Shown: in pieces, positions 28,484 through 37,283 of the stretch | Numbering within the stretch: the first letter of the stretch is position 1 | How the letters are laid out: every line of letters starts with the position of its first letter | DNA from: an uncultured Actinomycetes bacterium | Lineage (GTDB): Bacteria; Actinomycetota; Thermoleophilia; RBG-16-64-13 | Assembly: GCA_963806155.1 (NCBI GenBank) | Contig: CAWDXC010000018.1 | Location: 42,514-106,513, forward strand | Length of the DNA: 64,000 nucleotides | Direction: 5' to 3' | The notes under the pieces: model-generated | The model's database searches: none | The model's input: the letters and a program-made list of their open reading frames with translations, nothing else | What the model was told of the DNA's origin: nothing | Position numbers and translations under genes: made by a program

Positions 28484-29744
28484 CTAGCGCCGTCTCCGGG
28501 CGCTGCCGTTGTAGACCAGCCGAGGCTTGGGCTTCCTGGCGGTTCGGTCGGGATTGGGGATCAGCCGCTGCATGTAGGCGAAATCCTCCAGGTCGTGGCA
28601 GGGGAGGGTCTCGCCGAGCATCACCTCGATCTCGCGCAACTCATTGGCCTGCTCCGCGGCCAGGAAGCTGATGGCGGTGCCGGAGGCGCCTGCCCGGGCC
28701 GTGCGGCCTATGCGGTGTACGTAGTCTTGAGCCACGGCGGGGAGGTCGTAGTTGATCGACGTGCGAGATGCTGTCGACGTCGATACCCCGGGCCACGATG
28801 TCGGTGGCCACCAGCACGCGGTAGGTGCCGTCCTTGAAGCCGTCAAGGGCTCGTTGCCGCTGTGCTTGGGTGCGGTTCGAATGGATGGCGACCCCTTTGA
28901 TGCGGTTGCGCTCCAGGTGACGGCATACCCGGTCGGCGCGGTGCTTGGTGCGGGTGAAGACCAGCACCCGGTCGAGCTTCTCCTCCTCGAGGAGACGGAC
29001 CAAGCAGGTCGGTCTTCTGCAACTCGGCCACCGGATAGATCGTCTGGGTCACGGCCTCGACCGGCGTCGCGCTCGGAGCGACTTCCACCCGGGCCGGGTC
29101 GCTGAGCGATCGGTCCAGCGATGCGCATGACGTCGTTCGAGAGGGTGGCCGAGAACAGCATATTCTGGCGTTTGGGCGGCAGCAGGCTCAGGATCCGGCG
29201 CACGTCGGGCCAGAAGCCCATGTCGAGCATGCGGTCGGCCTCATCGAGCACCAGGATCTGCACCTGGGAGAGGTCGACGTCTCCGCGCTGATGCAGGTCG
29301 AGCAGGCGGCCCGGAGTGGCCACCAGCAGATCGACGCCACGGCGCAGCTTCTTCAACTGGGGCTCGTAGCCGACGCCCCCGTAGACCGCTGCGATGCGCT
29401 GACCGGTGTATCTGGCAGCAGGCTCGGGCCACCTCGTCGATCTGGCCTGCCAGCTCGCGGGTGGGAGTGACCACCAGGGTGCCGATGGACACGCGGTGGC
29501 CGCTGCCATTGCGACCACCGTCGCCTGCCGCGGCGCCGCCGGGCGACCGGCGGCCCATCAGTTGCAGGGCGGGGAGGATGAAGGCGGCCGTCTTGCCGGT
29601 GCCGGTCTGGGCGCAGCCCAGAAGATCGCGCCCGGTGAGGGCCAGAGGGATGGCCTGTTCTTGGATGGGGGTGGGATCTATGTAGCCGAGGTTCTGTACA
29701 GCCTTCAGGAGACCTGGTTCCAGGCCTAGTTCAGCGAAACTCAT
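28484..29744 (-). pseudogene. DEAD-box ATP-dependent RNA helicase needing at least three frameshifts
   Basis: Q-motif/motif I (FAELGL…PTPIQEQAIP…AQTGTGKTAAF) in ORF 29241..29921; DEAD (ILVLDEADRML) and SAT in ORF 28484..29518; motif IV-VI region (VFTRTK…VATDIVARGIDV) only in ORF 28641..29003; HRIGRTARAG back in ORF 28484..29518. Confidence 0.7.
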
Positions 29745-29920
29745 ATAGCGGTTAGCTCCTTGCCGTGCGCCTCGAGGGATGCACTGCGATTGTAGACGCA
29801 GTTGATCCGATCGAGTCCTTGGGAAAGAGCGCGGGGACAACCGAGTCTGTAGTAGTGTTGAGGCAGTATAGCCTATTTCGCCACGACGGCGCGGAGCAGC
29901 CCCGAACCTGTCATCCGACA

Positions 29921-29967
29921 AGCGGGTCCGGCGGCCGGCCGCAGGCTGCCGCCCGCCGGACCCGCTG
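29921..29967 (-). terminator. 13-bp perfect-stem hairpin downstream of the CocE/NonD hydrolase gene
   Basis: gcgggtccggcgg…ccgccggacccgc inverted repeat with ~20-nt loop just 3' of the stop at 29983; weak U-run (UUGUC) follows on the minus strand. Confidence 0.4.
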
Positions 29968-29982
29968 CGCCTGAGGCCGTCG

Positions 29983-31824
29983 CTACCTCCGCGGGATCAC
30001 CGGCAGGACGATGTGCGACGGGTGGTCCTTGTCATGATAGATAGTGTCCCGCCCCACTTTGAGGCCGTAGTAATGACCGCCGAAGTCGAAGGCGTTCGAG
30101 TCGTAGCAGGCCAGGTCCACCCTGATGCGGTGCCCTTTTGGGAAGCAGCAGGACGTGGCCCAGACCTCGACCTCGAACTTGTAGATCTTATTGGGCTCGA
30201 GAGGTCTCGGCTCGTCGTGCCGGTAGTAGGGCCGGTACGACAGGCTCCTGGCCTCATCCTTGGTGCAGGCGTGCGACGCTTTGAGCCAGCCGCGGGTCAG
30301 CATGCGGCCGCGCGGGGCCATGCCCGGGATCTGGTCGTCATCGGGTACCTGGTCGGTAAGGCGCACGAAGAAGTCGGTATCGGTCTGGTCCGACGAAGCC
30401 CAGAGGTTGAGGACGATGCTGCCGATCACCTCCACGTCCTCGGCAAGAGGCTCACCGGTGAAGGTGAGGATCTTCCGTACCGGGTTCGGGACCCCGTCCT
30501 CCATGACGGCCGTGCCCAGGCCGGAGAAGTGGGACCAATCGGGGTCGGGATAGTCGTAGCTGGTCGATGCCGGGGTCACCGTGGCCCTTGTCTCTCCGGC
30601 GGCCATGATCGTCTCGGGTGCCCAGGCCGTCCGTGGTCTGCCGGCAGCGTCGGCCGCCCCGTCCGCGGGGACCGGCGGCGGACCGGCCGCGGCCGCCACG
30701 GTCGGCGCCTCCCACGTGAGAGCCCCGTCGTTCAGCGATCCCACCGCGCCGCTCGGTCCCGGCGCAAGGTAGAGGTTCCGATATTGGGTGTCCGGGATGG
30801 GCCAGTCCTTCTCCGGCCGGTAGACCTCGCGGTTGCGCACGAACACGGTCACCGGGTCTTCCTCCATGAAACCGGTGTCGTTGCCCTTCAGCCAGTGGTC
30901 GTACCAGCGCAGATGCAGCAGCTGCATCTCCCGAGAGTTGAAGATGGCCATCTCGTCGCCCTCGAAGTCCCCATGGCAGAGGAGCAGCTTCTTGGGGGTC
31001 GTCACCGTCTCGTAGCCCCGGATGTTACCGCGCAGGTGGATGCCCACCTTGTGCAGGATGCCGATGCTGTAGACAGGGACCTGGATCTTGGTGAAGTCCG
31101 GGTTTCTCACCTTCCAGAAGTCGTCGCAGGTGGGGTGGTGCATGACGTTCCAGGGCAGGTCCCATCTGCCCACACCTGGTGATGGCCCGTACTTGCCCAG
31201 CCGATAGTTGGCCCGGATCTCAGCCGTCCACCAGTTGGCCGGGAAGCCCAGGCCCATGATGCCGCCGTGGAAGGCCACGTCCCGATACATGTCCGCCCCC
31301 GCGTCGAAGGGAGCGATACAGCACAAGTGGGCTGGTTGCATGGCGGCGGTGAACCACTGCACCCAGGCGAGCAGCGACTCTCCGATCATCCCCACCTTGC
31401 CGGTGCACCAGGGCTGGACCCCGATCCACTCCACCATGTCGTAGAAGTCGTTCTGCTCTTCCTGGCTGAAGAGCTGGAACTCGCCCTCCGCCGACTTGCC
31501 GCTGCCCCGTATGTCCTGGTGCACGTATGCGTAGCCTCGGGACACGAACCACTCGATGTCGTTGGTCTCGCGGAAGTGATAGATGGGCCACTGGGGCAGG
31601 TACTCGAGGTCCTTCTGGTAGGCGCTGGTGGCGTAGAGGGCCGGGAACTGCCCGGGGGCGTCGGGGCGGAACACGTCACAGGCCACCCGCACTCCGTCAC
31701 GCATGGTGACCATGACGTCTCTTTCCACGACCATCTTGTACTGAGGCCTACTCAGCTTCTCCGCCGGGAAGCCTTCGGGGAGCAGGGTGGACATGATCTC
31801 GGGCTTGAGGATCTTGGTGTACAT
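29983..31824 (-). CDS. CocE/NonD-family hydrolase (S15 X-Pro dipeptidyl-peptidase-like alpha/beta hydrolase), paralogue 1
   Basis: 613 aa; N-terminal alpha/beta-hydrolase part with GESLLAW catalytic-Ser context and C-terminal jelly-roll domain typical of CocE/NonD; about 60-65% identical to the ORF at 33851..35599. Confidence 0.8.
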   Translation of the reverse strand: MYTKILKPEIMSTLLPEGFPAEKLSRPQYKMVVERDVMVTMRDGVRVACDVFRPDAPGQFPALYATSAYQKDLEYLPQWPIYHFRETNDIEWFVSRGYAYVHQDIRGSGKSAEGEFQLFSQEEQNDFYDMVEWIGVQPWCTGKVGMIGESLLAWVQWFTAAMQPAHLCCIAPFDAGADMYRDVAFHGGIMGLGFPANWWTAEIRANYRLGKYGPSPGVGRWDLPWNVMHHPTCDDFWKVRNPDFTKIQVPVYSIGILHKVGIHLRGNIRGYETVTTPKKLLLCHGDFEGDEMAIFNSREMQLLHLRWYDHWLKGNDTGFMEEDPVTVFVRNREVYRPEKDWPIPDTQYRNLYLAPGPSGAVGSLNDGALTWEAPTVAAAAGPPPVPADGAADAAGRPRTAWAPETIMAAGETRATVTPASTSYDYPDPDWSHFSGLGTAVMEDGVPNPVRKILTFTGEPLAEDVEVIGSIVLNLWASSDQTDTDFFVRLTDQVPDDDQIPGMAPRGRMLTRGWLKASHACTKDEARSLSYRPYYRHDEPRPLEPNKIYKFEVEVWATSCCFPKGHRIRVDLACYDSNAFDFGGHYYGLKVGRDTIYHDKDHPSHIVLPVIPRR

Positions 31825-31886
31825 CAGCTACCTCCTTGCGCACGGGCGACGGGCCGCAGGGGCCCCGGCGCTCCCGTTTGTGGACC

Positions 31887-33050
31887 TCAGCTAGAGAGCG
31901 TGAATCCCAATCCGGCCGGATTGTCTTCGTAGATCCTGGTCTGCTCGTCTTCCGATAGTCCAAGCCCGTCGAGGAACTCCCCGCTCTCCACCGTGGTCTC
32001 GTACGGGTAGTCGGTGCCCAGCATGATCCGTTCTATCCCCAGGGCGGCCCGAGTGCACTCGAAGGCGGCGGCCAGGAAATTGCCGCTGGTGGTGACGTAC
32101 ATGTTCTCCAGCAGGTACTCGCTCGGCCGCTTTCTTATCGCGGGCATGGAGCCGGACCCTTTGGGCACGTGGTACTGGAGGAACGAGCGGTCCACCCGCT
32201 TGAGCAGGAAGGGGAGGGCTTCGCCGTAGTGGCCGAGAATGATCGTCAGTCTTGGGAAGGCGTCGAACACCCCGCTCAGGATGAGTCGCATCATCACGGT
32301 CGAGGTCTCGATACCGAAGCCGAACCCGGGTCCGGCCAGGGCCAGTCCGTAGTCGGTCAACTGGCGGATGATCGGGAACGTCGGGTGCAGGTAGATGGGC
32401 ACGCCCAACCCCTCGGCCTTGGCCAGGATGGGCCAATAGCGCTTGTGGTCAAGGTAGGAGTCACCGAAGTTGGAGTGGGTGTTCCAGCCTTTGAACCCCA
32501 ACTCCTTGACGGCGCGCTCCAGCTCTTTGGCCGCCTCTTCGGGCTCGCGGGGTCCCAGGGTGGCGAATCCCAGATACCGGTCGGGGTGGCGGTCGATGGC
32601 CTCGGCCAGCTTGTCGTTGGCGTCCTTGGACAGGGCCGTCGCCACCGGGGGCTCCAACTGCTCCAATGCCGGCGCGGTGTGCGAGAGCACCGCGACGTCG
32701 ATGCCGATGGCATCCATCGCCTCCAGCCGCATGCCGTCGAGGTCCAGGAGTCGGTCGACCAGAGGGTCGCCGAACGGCTGCCAGTAGCCGGCCGAATGGT
32801 AGACGTGGCGTTCTCCGGTCTCCTTGTCGTCCACGAAACGGGGATAGCCTGGGTTTTTGTACAGGGCGCCTACATAGGCATCGGTGGCGAAGTGGTTCTC
32901 GGTGTCGATCTTCTTCACGCCATAGACCCCCACGTTTCGGTCGGCTACTTCAGCGATGTCCGCTCTGAACAGGTTCATCTTGCCGACCCGCGGGTCGCTC
33001 GCGCCCGTGTCGACCCGCGGGTCCAGAAAGGGGATGCACGCTCCCGGCAT
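31887..33050 (-). CDS. amidohydrolase-2 family (ACMSD/LigW-like decarboxylase or hydratase), paralogue 1
   Basis: …KKIDTENHFATDAY…, …HPDRYLGFATLGP…, …GVPIYLHP…, …ILGHYGE…, …MLGTDYPYE… (metal-binding His/Asp positions); start may be M25 (MNLFRADIA, about 32978). Confidence 0.75.
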   Translation of the reverse strand: MPGACIPFLDPRVDTGASDPRVGKMNLFRADIAEVADRNVGVYGVKKIDTENHFATDAYVGALYKNPGYPRFVDDKETGERHVYHSAGYWQPFGDPLVDRLLDLDGMRLEAMDAIGIDVAVLSHTAPALEQLEPPVATALSKDANDKLAEAIDRHPDRYLGFATLGPREPEEAAKELERAVKELGFKGWNTHSNFGDSYLDHKRYWPILAKAEGLGVPIYLHPTFPIIRQLTDYGLALAGPGFGFGIETSTVMMRLILSGVFDAFPRLTIILGHYGEALPFLLKRVDRSFLQYHVPKGSGSMPAIRKRPSEYLLENMYVTTSGNFLAAAFECTRAALGIERIMLGTDYPYETTVESGEFLDGLGLSEDEQTRIYEDNPAGLGFTLSS

Positions 33051-33114
33051 CAGCCCGCGCGGCTGATATCAGTAAGCGCCCACTTTGCAGACAATAGCGG
33101 GACGCGTCGCTTTG

Positions 33115-33678
33115 TCAAGCCTGCCCGGGACGACGGGTCACCGAGATGCTCTCCAGGAGGCGCTCCAGCATGCGTTGGGCCCGGTCGGCGGTGACGTATT
33201 CACTGAGCCCCATGAGATAGGATACGTCCTGGGCCCAGTAGACGCCTACGAGCTCCCAGGCCAGTTGCTCGGTGTCTGTGTCCGGCCGAATGACCCCCTG
33301 GACCTTTCCCTCCTCGAGAATGGCCGCGAGGGCGTGGATGGATGAGCGCTCTCTTTCGGCCAGGGCATCTCGGAGCCCGACCTCGGGCGGAGCGGCCACA
33401 AACTCAAACAGAGGGTAGACGTAGCCTTCTATCTCTGAGGAGACGACGGTGGAATGCAATCTTCCGATCGCCCGCAGCCGGTCGAGCGCGTTCCCTCGGT
33501 CGGCCGCGTGGATGATCTTGAACACGCGCTCGTACACAAGGTCGAGTGCGGCAAGCAGCATCTCGGTCCGGCTGGAGAAATGTCTATACAAGGTGGCCTC
33601 GGACACCCCTGCCGCCTCGGCTATCCGGGACGTGGTGGTTCCCTGGACGCCGTATTTGGCCACGACGCCCATGGTCAC
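33115..33678 (-). CDS. TetR-family transcriptional regulator
   Basis: HTH …GTTTSRIAEAAGVSEATLYRHFSSR…; conserved helix-1 sequence (AERKRQIVEV) lies upstream of the first ATG/GTG with an in-frame TAG 27 codons upstream, so the true start is unclear. Confidence 0.7.
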   Translation of the reverse strand: MTMGVVAKYGVQGTTTSRIAEAAGVSEATLYRHFSSRTEMLLAALDLVYERVFKIIHAADRGNALDRLRAIGRLHSTVVSSEIEGYVYPLFEFVAAPPEVGLRDALAERERSSIHALAAILEEGKVQGVIRPDTDTEQLAWELVGVYWAQDVSYLMGLSEYVTADRAQRMLERLLESISVTRRPGQA

Positions 33679-33850
33679 CTCGACGATCTGCCTCTTGCGC
33701 TCGGCGGCCTTGAGCCTGCCGGCCTTGCCCGGTCTTACGGCGTCCGTGGCATCTCCCTTCCAGTAGTTGCTTGCATCCTAGCTCATAAGGCCTGCGCTAC
33801 GCGAGTGGCTTCACGGCTGACGGCCGCCGACGTGCTTGCCCCGGGAGGCG

Positions 33851-35599
33851 CTAGGCCGGGATCACCGGCAGGATGATGTGCGACGGGTGGTCCTTGTCGT
33901 GGTAGTAGGTGTCTGTCCCCACCTTGATGCCGTAGTAGTGGCCGCCGAAGTCCAGGGCGGGCGAGTCGCCGCAGGCGACATCGATGCGGATGCGGTGTCC
34001 CTTCTTGAACACGTTGCAGGTCGGCCAGATCTCTATCTCGTACTTGTAGATCGTGCCCGGCTCGATGGGCTTGGGGTCGTCGTGCAGGTAGTAGGGGCGA
34101 TAAGGCTTCGAGAGTTCCTCGCTCTTGGTGAAGGCGTGCGAAGCCTTCAGCCAGCCCCGGGTCAGCGTGAGCCCGTTCGGCGGCATCCCGGGGATCTGCT
34201 CAGAATCGGGGGCCTGATCGACCAGACGACAGAAGAAGTCGGTGTTCTTCTGGTCTGACGACGCATACAGCACCAGCACGATGCTGCCCGAGACCTCCAG
34301 ATCTTCTTCCAGCGGGGCCGTGGTGAACGTCGGGATGCGGCGCTGCCCGTATACAACGCCGTTCTCCTCGATGACGGCAGTACCGCCACCCGAGAAATGG
34401 GTCCAATCCTGGTCGGGGTACGAGTATTTGAACGAGCTTTCGGCTTCAGCCGGGGGATCCCAGGAGAGCCGACCGTCGTTCAGCGAGTCCACCGCCCCGC
34501 TGGGTCCGGGATGGAGATAGAGCCTGCGATAGTCGGTCCGGGCCAGCGGCCACTCGCTTTCCGGCCGGTACACGTTGGCGCCTCTGACGAAGATGGTCAC
34601 CGGCGGCTCCTGCATAAGGCCGGTGTCGTTGCCCTTCAACCAGTGGTCGTACCAGCGCAGCATCAAGAGCTGCATCTGCGGGGAGTTGTAGATGGCCATC
34701 TCGTCGCCGTCGAGAACGCCGTGGATGAGCATCATCTTCTTGGGGGTAGTGACCTGTTCGTATCCGCGGACCACTCCGCGCAAGTGGAGCCCCACCTTGT
34801 GGAGAGCGCCCACCACGAACACCGGGCACTCGATCTTGGAGAAGTCGGGGTTGCGCAGCTTCCAGAAGTCGTCGTACGTAGGGTGGTTCATGACGTTCCA
34901 GACCATGTCCCACTTGCCCATCTCGGGGTTGGGAGGCACGAAGCCCGGGTCACGGGCCGCCCATCCCAACCGGTAGTGGCCACGGATCTCCCACATGTGC
35001 CAAGCGGTGGGGAAGCCGACCGCCATCATGCCTCCATGCCAGGCCACGTCCCGGTAGAGATCGGCGCCTGCGTCCCAGGGAAGGATGCAGGTCAGGTGAG
35101 GCGGCTGCTGGACGGCCGCGAACCACTGCGACCAGGCGAGCAGCGACTCGCCCAGCATGCCCACCTTGCCGGTACACCAGGCCTGGGCTGCGATCCACTC
35201 GACCAGGTCGTACAGGTCGGTCTGCATCTCGCGACCAAAGAGGTCCCATTGCCCGATGGGTGAATGGCCGGTGCCCCTCGAGTCCGAGTGCACGAAGATG
35301 TAACCGCGGGAGACGAAGTATTCGATGTCGTTGGTCTCGCGCATGTGGAAGATCGGGAGCAGAGGCAGGTCGTCCAGGTCCTTCTGATAGGAGTCCGCCG
35401 CTAGCAGGGCGGGGAAGGGACCGGGCGCGTCGGGCCGGTAGATGTTCAGCGCCACCTGCACGCCGTCGCGCATGGTGACCATGATGTCTCTCTCCACGAC
35501 CATCTTGTACTCGGGCTTGCTGAGCTCGTCGGCCGGGAAGTCCTTGGGGAGCATGGTGGACATGATCTCCGGCCTGAGCGTCTTGGAATACACGGGCAA
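33851..35599 (-). CDS. CocE/NonD-family hydrolase, paralogue 2
   Basis: 582 aa, collinear with the 29983..31824 product (GESLLAWSQWFAA, …KGHRIRIDVACGDS…HYYGIKVG…DKDHPSHIILPVIP). Confidence 0.8.
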   Translation of the reverse strand: MPVYSKTLRPEIMSTMLPKDFPADELSKPEYKMVVERDIMVTMRDGVQVALNIYRPDAPGPFPALLAADSYQKDLDDLPLLPIFHMRETNDIEYFVSRGYIFVHSDSRGTGHSPIGQWDLFGREMQTDLYDLVEWIAAQAWCTGKVGMLGESLLAWSQWFAAVQQPPHLTCILPWDAGADLYRDVAWHGGMMAVGFPTAWHMWEIRGHYRLGWAARDPGFVPPNPEMGKWDMVWNVMNHPTYDDFWKLRNPDFSKIECPVFVVGALHKVGLHLRGVVRGYEQVTTPKKMMLIHGVLDGDEMAIYNSPQMQLLMLRWYDHWLKGNDTGLMQEPPVTIFVRGANVYRPESEWPLARTDYRRLYLHPGPSGAVDSLNDGRLSWDPPAEAESSFKYSYPDQDWTHFSGGGTAVIEENGVVYGQRRIPTFTTAPLEEDLEVSGSIVLVLYASSDQKNTDFFCRLVDQAPDSEQIPGMPPNGLTLTRGWLKASHAFTKSEELSKPYRPYYLHDDPKPIEPGTIYKYEIEIWPTCNVFKKGHRIRIDVACGDSPALDFGGHYYGIKVGTDTYYHDKDHPSHIILPVIPA

Positions 35600-35635
35600 C
35601 CTCCTGGGGTCGATTCACGTGCGCCGACAAGATGC

Positions 35636-35718
35636 GGGGCCGGCGGTCCCCGCTATCGCTGCGACCGCCGGCCCCCTCACTTCCGTTCGAGTCGGCGCCC
35701 GGGCGTCGCCCGGGCGCC
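35636..35718 (-). terminator. two tandem GC-rich hairpins downstream of the solute-binding-protein gene
   Basis: ggggccggcggtc…gaccgccggcccc (35636-35674) and ggcgcccggg-cgtcg-cccgggcgcc (35694-35718), both perfect inverted repeats, between the converging ends of two minus-strand transcription units. Confidence 0.35.
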
Positions 35719-35742
35719 GGGCTCACTGCTTGACGGGATGAT

Positions 35743-37179
35743 CTACGAGTACACCATCGGCGTAGCCTTGGCCTGCACCGTGGTTCCCGGGGCGGTGGCG
35801 TTGCTGACCACCACCGCCTCGACCGGATTCTTGCTGCCCTTTATCCACTGTTGGGCGCCGATGAAGGGCTTATAGACGTTGGGATGGGGATGGAAGCCGT
35901 TGGGGTCGACCGGCTCGGTGTAGTCGATGTAGCCCTGCTGGAAGGTGTTCTTGGTGGTCTTGACGGCCGCGATCACGGCCTCCTTGTCTTCGGCGTCGGT
36001 GGCCCGCTTGTACACGTCGATGGCCCATTCGACTTTGCCGTAGCAGCCGATGGCCGCGGTCCACTGCTCGCCCGTCTTGGCCTCGTAGTCGGCGGCCAGA
36101 CCTTCGGAATCAAGGTCGGAGAGGGTGTCTTTTAACTTCCAGCTGGGGTGCCAGGCGGCCTCACCGATCAGGCCTAGGCCCTGGTTGGGATAGCTTAGGA
36201 CCGCCTGGGGGAAGATGAGGGCTTTACCGGAGCTGATGAACTTGGGCTGGAAGCCCTGCTGCAGGGACTGGGTGAGGAAGTTGGAGAACCAGGGGGGGTC
36301 GTTGGTGCCGCAGATGATCTCGCAGCCCTCGTTCTTGAACATGGAGATCTGCTGGGTGAAGTCTTCGGCCGGGACCGCGTAGGGCTCGGGCACCACCAGG
36401 GTGTAGCCCTTCTCGGCGAACACCTTGGGCGCGGCGGAGGGGTCCATCCAGCCCTGGTAGTCGGCGTCGTTCTGGAAGAGCATGCCCACCTTCTTGTTGG
36501 TCTGGACGCCGCTTACCTCGAAGGCGTCGGTGAAGGAGGCGATGGTCTCTTCTGAACCCAGCATGTTGCCCCAGGCCCACTTGAACTCGACCGGCTGGCC
36601 ACTGCGGATGTAAAGGGCCTGCCAGGGGCTGAAGCTCATAAGGACCGGGCAGGCCAGAGCCTCGCCCTGGTCGGCCACCGGGTTGCAGGTGTCCGGGGTG
36701 CCGGAGGCGAGCAGCATGTCGACCTGGTCTATCTGCACCAGGTCGGCCGCCACCGTCGCGGCCCGGTTGGAGTCGGACTGGCTGTCTTTGACGATGATCT
36801 CCACCATGCGCTTCTTGCCGTCGCCGGCGATGATGCCCTCCGCCAGAGCCGCCTCGGCGTGGGCGAGCCACCACTCGTCGGCGATGGCGAACACGGCGAA
36901 GTTGCCGGTCTGGGGCGAGACCAGTCCCAGCTTGATGGCCCGGCCTTCCTCCGCCCCTGCGCTCACGGTGGTGGTGCTCTGGGCCCCGGTGGTGGTAGTG
37001 CTCTCCGCCCCGGTGGTGGTGGTGCTCTCCACCGCGGTGGTGGTGGTCTCTTCCTCGCCGCCGCAGGCGGCCACCAGGCCGCCCAGGCCGGCGCCCATAC
37101 CTACGGCCGCCCCGGCCACGCCGGCGATCTTAAGGAAGTCACGTCTACTGTAGGTCTTGTCTTCTCTCTCTAGCATCAT
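35743..37179 (-). CDS. ABC transporter substrate-binding protein, type-1 PBP (Liv/amide/aromatic-binding type), Tat lipoprotein
   Basis: Twin-arginine motif SRRDFLK, lipobox LVAACG, Thr-rich tandem-repeat linker, then ~400-aa PBP1 fold. Confidence 0.8.
   Translation of the reverse strand: MMLEREDKTYSRRDFLKIAGVAGAAVGMGAGLGGLVAACGGEEETTTTAVESTTTTGAESTTTTGAQSTTTVSAGAEEGRAIKLGLVSPQTGNFAVFAIADEWWLAHAEAALAEGIIAGDGKKRMVEIIVKDSQSDSNRAATVAADLVQIDQVDMLLASGTPDTCNPVADQGEALACPVLMSFSPWQALYIRSGQPVEFKWAWGNMLGSEETIASFTDAFEVSGVQTNKKVGMLFQNDADYQGWMDPSAAPKVFAEKGYTLVVPEPYAVPAEDFTQQISMFKNEGCEIICGTNDPPWFSNFLTQSLQQGFQPKFISSGKALIFPQAVLSYPNQGLGLIGEAAWHPSWKLKDTLSDLDSEGLAADYEAKTGEQWTAAIGCYGKVEWAIDVYKRATDAEDKEAVIAAVKTTKNTFQQGYIDYTEPVDPNGFHPHPNVYKPFIGAQQWIKGSKNPVEAVVVSNATAPGTTVQAKATPMVYS
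36966..37058. repeat. 24-bp tandem repeat (~4 copies) inside the SBP gene
   Basis: ggtggtggtgctct… units; encodes ESTTTTGA / ESTTTTGA / QSTTTVSA linker between lipobox and folded domain. Confidence 0.6.
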
Positions 37180-37255
37180 TGTTCCCCTTCTCGTTCGTGT
37201 GGCTTACCCTGTCATACCCGGTCTGTGCGTCCGCCGCCTCCTCTCTTGCGATCCC

Positions 37256-37282
37256 CAACAGTCTTCCAACAGTGTCAACAGT
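37256..37282. promoter_or_regulatory. three direct repeats CAACAGT (ACTGTTG on the coding strand) upstream of the SBP gene
   Basis: CAACAGT at 37256, 37267, 37276 (spacing 11 and 9 bp) immediately 3' of the molybdoenzyme stop and ~75 nt 5' of the SBP start. Confidence 0.3.
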
Positions 37283-37283
37283 A

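Noticed and set aside
30013-35263. Plus-strand ORFs antisense to the CocE/NonD and amidohydrolase genes (30013..31182, 32169..33194, 34397..35263) and minus ORF 34950..35726
   Set aside because: Shadow ORFs opposite strongly supported genes; no motifs
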